A DNA stretch of 64,000 nucleotides, taken from Oopsacas minuta (lineage: Eukaryota > Animalia > Porifera). The stretch is from contig JAKMXF010000144.1 in the NCBI GenBank assembly GCA_024704765.1, positions 434,001-498,000 on the forward strand. The letters are read 5' to 3'. Below the pieces are notes generated by a model, which did no database searches, was not told the origin of the DNA, and worked only from the letters and a program-made list of their open reading frames with translations. Positions 58,156-64,000 of the stretch are shown here, one piece after another (the stretch's first letter is position 1; each line of letters opens with the position of its first letter). The position numbers were made by a program, and so were the translations under genes.

Positions 58156-59013
58156 TTAGCTATGCCTTTGCAATTCGGTCAGGTCTTGATGGTTGTTAAG
58201 TACTGGCTTAATCTCTACCCCATTGGTATGTGCTTTCTGGATAATCACCGGTTTCTTCTTGACTGCGATATAAGTATCGTAGAAGAATATCGCGAATAGT
58301 ATAAAATAACTCGTGTACATGCCTATGGTTACGAAAATTAAGATGCTAGAAACGCCGCACGGTTTGAGCTCATCCTGGTTCATTACCATTACCCCACCCA
58401 TGTACAATCCAAATACCATTTGTACAATCTGTAGTGAAGTTATGATTACGTTAATTTGACGAGGAATATTAACTTGTCTTGCCTTCAATCCATAGTACAT
58501 GTACATGATAGCGTGTACGAAATAATTCACAGCAGAGAATAATATGGAAACTACAGCTCTTTGTGAATAGCTAAACCAGCAGTATATCAATACTGTAGCA
58601 TGATGATACCAATGCAGGAATATAAGAGGTCCCTTACGGAATATTATGAAGTACGTATCAACTAGCTCGGGGACCTTGGATAAGATGAAAAGGAATAACC
58701 AGAGACCCGTTTGATTTCGAATATATATCTCGTCACAAGCAGCGGATTTGATACCATCATTCCATATTTTGGGTACAAGATAGCAGATATTATAGTAAGC
58801 CCCTACCGTACTATATATTGCTAATAGGAAACTCCAAACCGAAAGAGAGAACCTTAAATCAATTCGTTTGTGTGTATTCATGTAACGTTGAAGTAGTAGA
58901 ATAGAAATTATATAGAAAATAGACGCGTAGATAGAAAAACGAAAATTTTTTCGCATCCAAGGGAAGGCATTTTCAACATCAAATTGATCCTCAATTGACC
59001 GTAAGAACTCCAT
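58156..59013 (-). CDS. ELOVL6: Very-long-chain fatty acid elongase (ELOVL3/6-like); single exon
   Basis: FILSKVPELVDTYFIIFRKGPLIFLHWYHHATVL; NYFVHAIMYMYY; ITSLQIVQMVFG; MYTSYFILFAIFF. Confidence 0.9.
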   Translation of the reverse strand: MEFLRSIEDQFDVENAFPWMRKNFRFSIYASIFYIISILLLQRYMNTHKRIDLRFSLSVWSFLLAIYSTVGAYYNICYLVPKIWNDGIKSAACDEIYIRNQTGLWLFLFILSKVPELVDTYFIIFRKGPLIFLHWYHHATVLIYCWFSYSQRAVVSILFSAVNYFVHAIMYMYYGLKARQVNIPRQINVIITSLQIVQMVFGLYMGGVMVMNQDELKPCGVSSILIFVTIGMYTSYFILFAIFFYDTYIAVKKKPVIIQKAHTNGVEIKPVLNNHQDLTELQRHS

Positions 59014-59446
59014 TAAGACGCTAGTTTCAAGAATACAATTAAACAAATAACTAGACAATATATACAACTAATTGACTAGCAGTACATCAGTAGTTAACTC
59101 TATCAAATTGCAGTGTATCCATAATTAAAACTAAACTAACGTCCATCTTAAGAAGGTATATTATATCAGCCTATTACATTTCATTGGGCAGGTAGCACAC
59201 ACTATGTGTGGGCTATGTGTAGTTAGATTAGACACAGTAAGGAATGTATGAATTCACATTCTGCATAGATAATGAACTTTTCACGAGGTTAAACCTTGTC
59301 CCAAAGAAGCATCATTCGATTTTGTCCTACAGCATAACTGTATATAAGTTGTATCACCATAATAGGTATACCAGATAAACAGATAGAATAGATATACTCA
59401 ACAGTAACTGCATATGAGTGTAAGTGATCAGGTTGCTGGTTGTCAT

Positions 59447-62400
59447 TTATTTTAGCTTGGTAGTTAAAAGAGGAGGTAAGCTCGGGGGCATTTCATGACC
59501 TCTCCATAAATATTGTAATCTGTTACCTCTTATAGTACTTCTTTCTTGCTCAAGCCAGTATAGCATCTGTACTGTGTCACGTGACATCTTGTAGGAATAG
59601 TCTATTCCTTTGTATGTAACTGCATCTCCAAATTTTTTCCGTAATCTCTCTAACAATGGTTGTATTTTGTTAGCCGAATTCTTAAGTCGTTTGTGTAGCT
59701 TCTCTCGTTGTTTACATTCGTCAAGTTGTGCAGTAGCAGGGCCTGCGAAATACCGCAGAGGATCGGATGCGCTATGCTCAAATACCTCTAACTCTCTGAG
59801 AATACTTTCTCGTTTTAAAATTTCGTTAGCCACTTCTAACCACAATTCCAGAGCTGTCATAGTTCTAGACACAGAGGTCTGAGTACCGTATTTAATAGCC
59901 ATTTCTGATTGAGATATTCCTGGTGTCTCTAACATACTCCAAATCTCGAATAGTTTCTCCTGTATGACCGTGTTATTCTGACTGATATTAGTCTTTCTAT
60001 GTATAATCTCTACAATATTATTCTGCATTAACTCTAAGTAATTGGTATTTCTTTGTACAATACAGTCAACTCTCATTATATCGAACTCCGCTTATATCGA
60101 GTAATATTCGCCATACCTTGAGCTACGATATGACTGAAGTTGACTGGATTCGTCTAAGATTAATTGGAAATATTTACTTAGAAAAGTGAAGCTACTATAC
60201 AATCTTACCGATTGGGTCAATTCCATCTGATTCAGTATCATCAGTCACATTCCAATACCCTGGGGTAAACTTTCTTGTCTCTCTCTCCCGTTCCTGAGGA
60301 GGCTCTACCTCTCTCTCACTATCCTCTCCATCATCAGCACTCTCTTCTGATTCATACACATGGAAAATAGCTCCAATAAAATCTACATCTCTCTGAGAAC
60401 TCCACATAAGGTAATCATCAGCTGTGAAGTGAGATTCCCACCATCTCCTCCAGGAGTTATACATACGCTTACCGCCATCATCTTTGCTGTCAGATTGTCT
60501 CTGATAATTTCTCCTCATTTCCTTATGTCCCTGATAGCTATTAGAATAAAGCCAAGCCTCTCTTCCTACAGAAAAAAAAAAAAAATAAAACGCTAAATCA
60601 CCAAATTATTATTTCTTACCTTCTTCCCCCCAAGGATGAGATGCAGCTCTCACAAGCTCTGAATTTATTATCCTATTCTTCTTAGGCAGATGAAGCATAG
60701 AATTAGCCTTATATCCCTCTGCTAATGCCAGCTCAGAGGCTGATGGAGCTGATAGTATGTCAGGATATGATTCTATGTCTGAGTGTTGTGTTGATATCAT
60801 CTGTTGGAGCTCTCCATACACCTAAAGTAATATCAGTAAATTACACAGTGTGCTCCATGGTTAGATCCTTGTAATTATGAGTACATACGCGTGAATCAGT
60901 TGTTCGTGGACAACTAAGGGGCCAATGGAGCCCAGGCCTGGCGCGAATAAATCAAAACATATAATAGTGTAATTGATATAATATTGTTTGTTGACATTAT
61001 CCATACACAGATAGCAGATAAGAAATACAGGTAAACTACAATACACTATAATGCACCAACAGATGAATCTCCCCCTGTAAATCTTGTCATCAGCTGTTGT
61101 CCTATGAACTTCCCAGCCATAGTCTTAATTTGTTGTCCTCCGTCTTTACGACAGTAGAAGTACCCTACTACATTAGCCCCGTTCAAACATATACCAACTA
61201 TACATAATAATAACCATTGTAGTTTGAGAGAAAGCAGAGCTGAGAGGAGGAAAAATGCCCATAAGATAGGACACCCGAATAGGCCTATCCAGAATAATTG
61301 ACTCTCAAAACTGATTGGTTGCCAATCTTTCTTCGCTTCAAACATCCAATGGCTCTCTCCCTCCTCGTCTACGTAATTCCACCAACGGAGTCCGACCAAC
61401 AAGCGACCTGTAACATTCTTGACAGTCCAGAAATCGAGTGACAGACATAACACCACAAGAAGGAACTTTACTACAAAGCTACTGCTCAGCATATTACACA
61501 CTATGTATATGATCAGTGCAGACAGACGGAAGAATAGATGGAAGAATGAAGCTATTGGATGCTTCTTGTTAGGGACGATAAACCCAGAATCCATTATAAT
61601 ATCAATGTAGATTTTAGTAGAGAATATTACTGAATAGTATATTGAATAATCTTAAGGTTATGGGTGAATTATACAATCTAGTAATACACCAGATAGCTTA
61701 TAATTATGGAATAAGTAAAATGCATTTATAAGAGTACTGATCAGTGTGCAACTAGGCTCATGAATCGGGGGAGACAAAGATGACGTCATTCCTACCCTCC
61801 CTATGCGTACTATGTTTATATGTCCATAATCGATTGAATAAACTGGAATTTACGATTATCACCTTTTTGGATTTTCGAAAAATCACATACTCTAATCGTC
61901 TACTGTTCCACCCAATATACGCTAGATATATAGTTATTATGCAAATTTAATCAAACAAACTCACTTCCTTTAGCTCAGCTCCTACATACAGCTTTTGATC
62001 CATCTCATCTGCTATGTCCTGAGGGATCTCGCCAGTGAGAGGATTAAACACAGGCTCAAATTGCTTGAGTAGGACAGTAGAAAGAGGTTCTCTATCGCTT
62101 ATCCTCAAGCTTGTAACCTCAAGGATCGGCTTACCAGGTAGCTCAATGAGAATAGTTCCAGGTTGTTCAAGAGTACATTCTTTATTGATAGGATCAGTTC
62201 CTAGTGTAGGATTTGACCATTCTATCTGTGTTGTTTTAGTTTTTGTTTGTGATTTAACATCCATGTCTCCTGGTGGTGGGGGAGACAATCTTGACAGAGA
62301 TGGAGTATAGGTAGAACAATATCTGTTAGTATTCTCGTATTTGGGAGGGAATAGTAACATCTGTGGAGCAGAATCCTGTAGATAACTATCAATAAGAGCT

Positions 62401-62738
62401 ACTGTATGCTCGTCTTTCTTCAATTGATCATCCTTACTGTGAGTATCTGAAATAAATCAAATATATTTTATAAGTAGAATGTATTGTCAGATTATTGACT
62501 ATTACTTCTTAGAGAACTCACCTTCAACATCTTCAAAATTAATCTTAGACCGTTTCCCCGTAGAAATAAAACCACATAACAGTGGAGGTAGTTCCTCCTC
62601 CTCTCTTACACTATCTCCCTCTACCTCAGGATCAATCTGTCCCTGTAGATGGAGAGCTCTTAAGGAGGTGTAATTCAAGAGGTTATTGTGTACACCTCCT
62701 GATATTAAGTCAACATCACTTTTAGATACAGGGTTCAG

Positions 62739-62837
<99 letters not shown>

Positions 62838-64000
62838 GTCGTCATTATCATCATCATCATCCTCATCATCATCCTCATCATCATCCTCATCATCATCCTC
62901 AGTATTCCTAAAAATAAATATTCAATTCTAGCTAGCGATTAAAATAGAAGTATTTATACTTTTCTATTTGTGTCTTGGGTATGGGGTAGGTTTGTGCTTT
63001 GTGAATTGGCATAATTGTATCAAGATTGTGTATAGATGATAATTGTTGAGGATTGAATTTAGGTACAATTACGTCAGAGAGGAGAGATCCAAATTGTAAC
63101 TTTGGCTTGGCACCTATTTCTAAATCATTTTTAGATATCCAGGTGGAGTCAGACGTTTCATAAATTAGCGTAGAAAATGAGTGTCTTTCTGAGGAAAACC
63201 TCTCAAGAATACTCTGTCTGTCTGCACGCGTCTAGAATAAGAAAAATATACTTATATGTGAATAAATAATAAATATTAAGTCGTATGTACCACATTGAAG
63301 TTATCCTTAAGAAGTTTGGGTTTTGCCTGTGGTTTAGGCTCTATCTTTTTGGCAGGCTGTAGAGTTATACCAGTTAGTTCTTTCAGATCGTATCCACTCC
63401 CATAGTTGGATCTAGTATTTATAGAATCGTTATTTTTGTCTCGCATAGATTTAACCTTTTCAATTAATTCAAATCTGAGTCTCTGAATAGAAATAGCTTC
63501 AGAGATATTCCATACCAGCTGTGCTCTCAATCTGCTCATGTTAGCTGCTATACTGAATAGTTGAGAGTCTGTATTTGCATCCTATAACCCAAAAAAATAA
63601 AAATATAAATACAGTGAACCAAGAGCACTGTACTTATTATATGAAATTACCTCTTCACTTCTATGCAGAGCACTAACAGCATGGGATATAGTATTCATGA
63701 ACAGACCCTGTGATCTCTTAACTATCTCCACAGCAACTAATCGCTTAACTTCCTGGTTCTCACGAGGAGACAGGAAAGGATCATTTATCTGCATTTTGAA
63801 ATCACTCCATTTCACAGCTAGTTCTCCTAAAATTATATTCGCAAAATTTTTCTGTTCCTCTACTGCTACTTCTGTCACTTCCTTGATAGGTTGTAGTCTT
63901 GCTAGTAGCAGTGTATATATCTCCTCTAGCGACGTAGGAGATACAGGGATAGCACGATCAGCTGGTATGTCACGTGGATGTACTACCTTCTCCACTGATG
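59447..64000 (-). CDS. CCDC87: Coiled-coil domain-containing protein 87-like (MAP65/ASE1-like C-terminus); multi-exon, 5' partial
   Basis: Verified exons 62907-62522, 62446-61965, 60821-60620, 60565-60209 and 60033-59447, plus further exons at 62960-64000. Motifs FNPLTGEI..EMDQKLYVGAELKE|VYGEL, WRRWW..FTADDYL, IQEKLFEIWSMLETP..MAIKYG, FEHSASDPLRYF, GDAVTYKGIDYSYKMSRDTVQMLYWLEQERS. Confidence 0.82.
60063..60146. mobile_element. Short Tigger/pogo-like MITE in last CCDC87 intron
   Basis: TA-CAGTCAACTCTCATTATATC...GATATGACTGAAGTTGACTG. Confidence 0.65.
61046..61594 (-). CDS. TVP23: Golgi apparatus membrane protein TVP23 (FAM18); single exon, nested on the same strand in a CCDC87 intron
   Basis: HPIASFFHLFFR; LSLDFWTVKNVTGRLLVGLRWWNYVDEEGESHWMFE; ESQLFWIGL; NGANVVGYFYC. 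Confidence 0.95.
   Translation of the reverse strand: MDSGFIVPNKKHPIASFFHLFFRLSALIIYIVCNMLSSSFVVKFLLVVLCLSLDFWTVKNVTGRLLVGLRWWNYVDEEGESHWMFEAKKDWQPISFESQLFWIGLFGCPILWAFFLLSALLSLKLQWLLLCIVGICLNGANVVGYFYCRKDGGQQIKTMAGKFIGQQLMTRFTGGDSSVGAL
62739..62900 (-). repeat. (GAT)n microsatellite encoding a 54-residue acidic tract including 35 consecutive Asp in a CCDC87 exon
   Basis: 33 perfect ATC units (62739-62837), then GTC GTC ATT and (ATC)n interrupted by CTC; in frame within exon 62907-62522. Confidence 0.9.

Noticed and set aside
62686-62931. Poly-Ser ORF on the + strand
   Set aside because: Antisense reading of the (GAT)n poly-Asp tract of CCDC87.

Overview
AT-rich, very compact eukaryotic (animal) genomic window with about 25 protein-coding genes, one U1 snRNA gene and many MITEs; no prokaryotic features or CRISPR. 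Gene content, ~55-100 nt minimal introns and many intronless genes suggest a basal metazoan, plausibly a hexactinellid glass sponge (inference only). Manual splicing of fragments missed or split by the ORF track shows pervasive gene nesting. A 5-exon COMMD1 (49785-56477, -) carries three whole genes in its introns: ATXN7L3/SGF11 and RPA3 in one, and a 4.4-kb single-exon myosin in another. ZMIZ1 hosts GDAP2. An uncharacterised 354-aa gene hosts a band-4.1 FERM gene. CCDC87 hosts TVP23 on the same strand. Every nested gene has an intronless CDS. Other points of note are a myosin with a Smad MH2-like tail domain, a Ki-67-like gene, an AKAP14 domain fused to ~300 aa of Asp/Pro tandem repeats, a 35-Asp tract in CCDC87 and a U1 with a non-canonical 5' end. 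Homology calls come from remembered motifs, not database searches.
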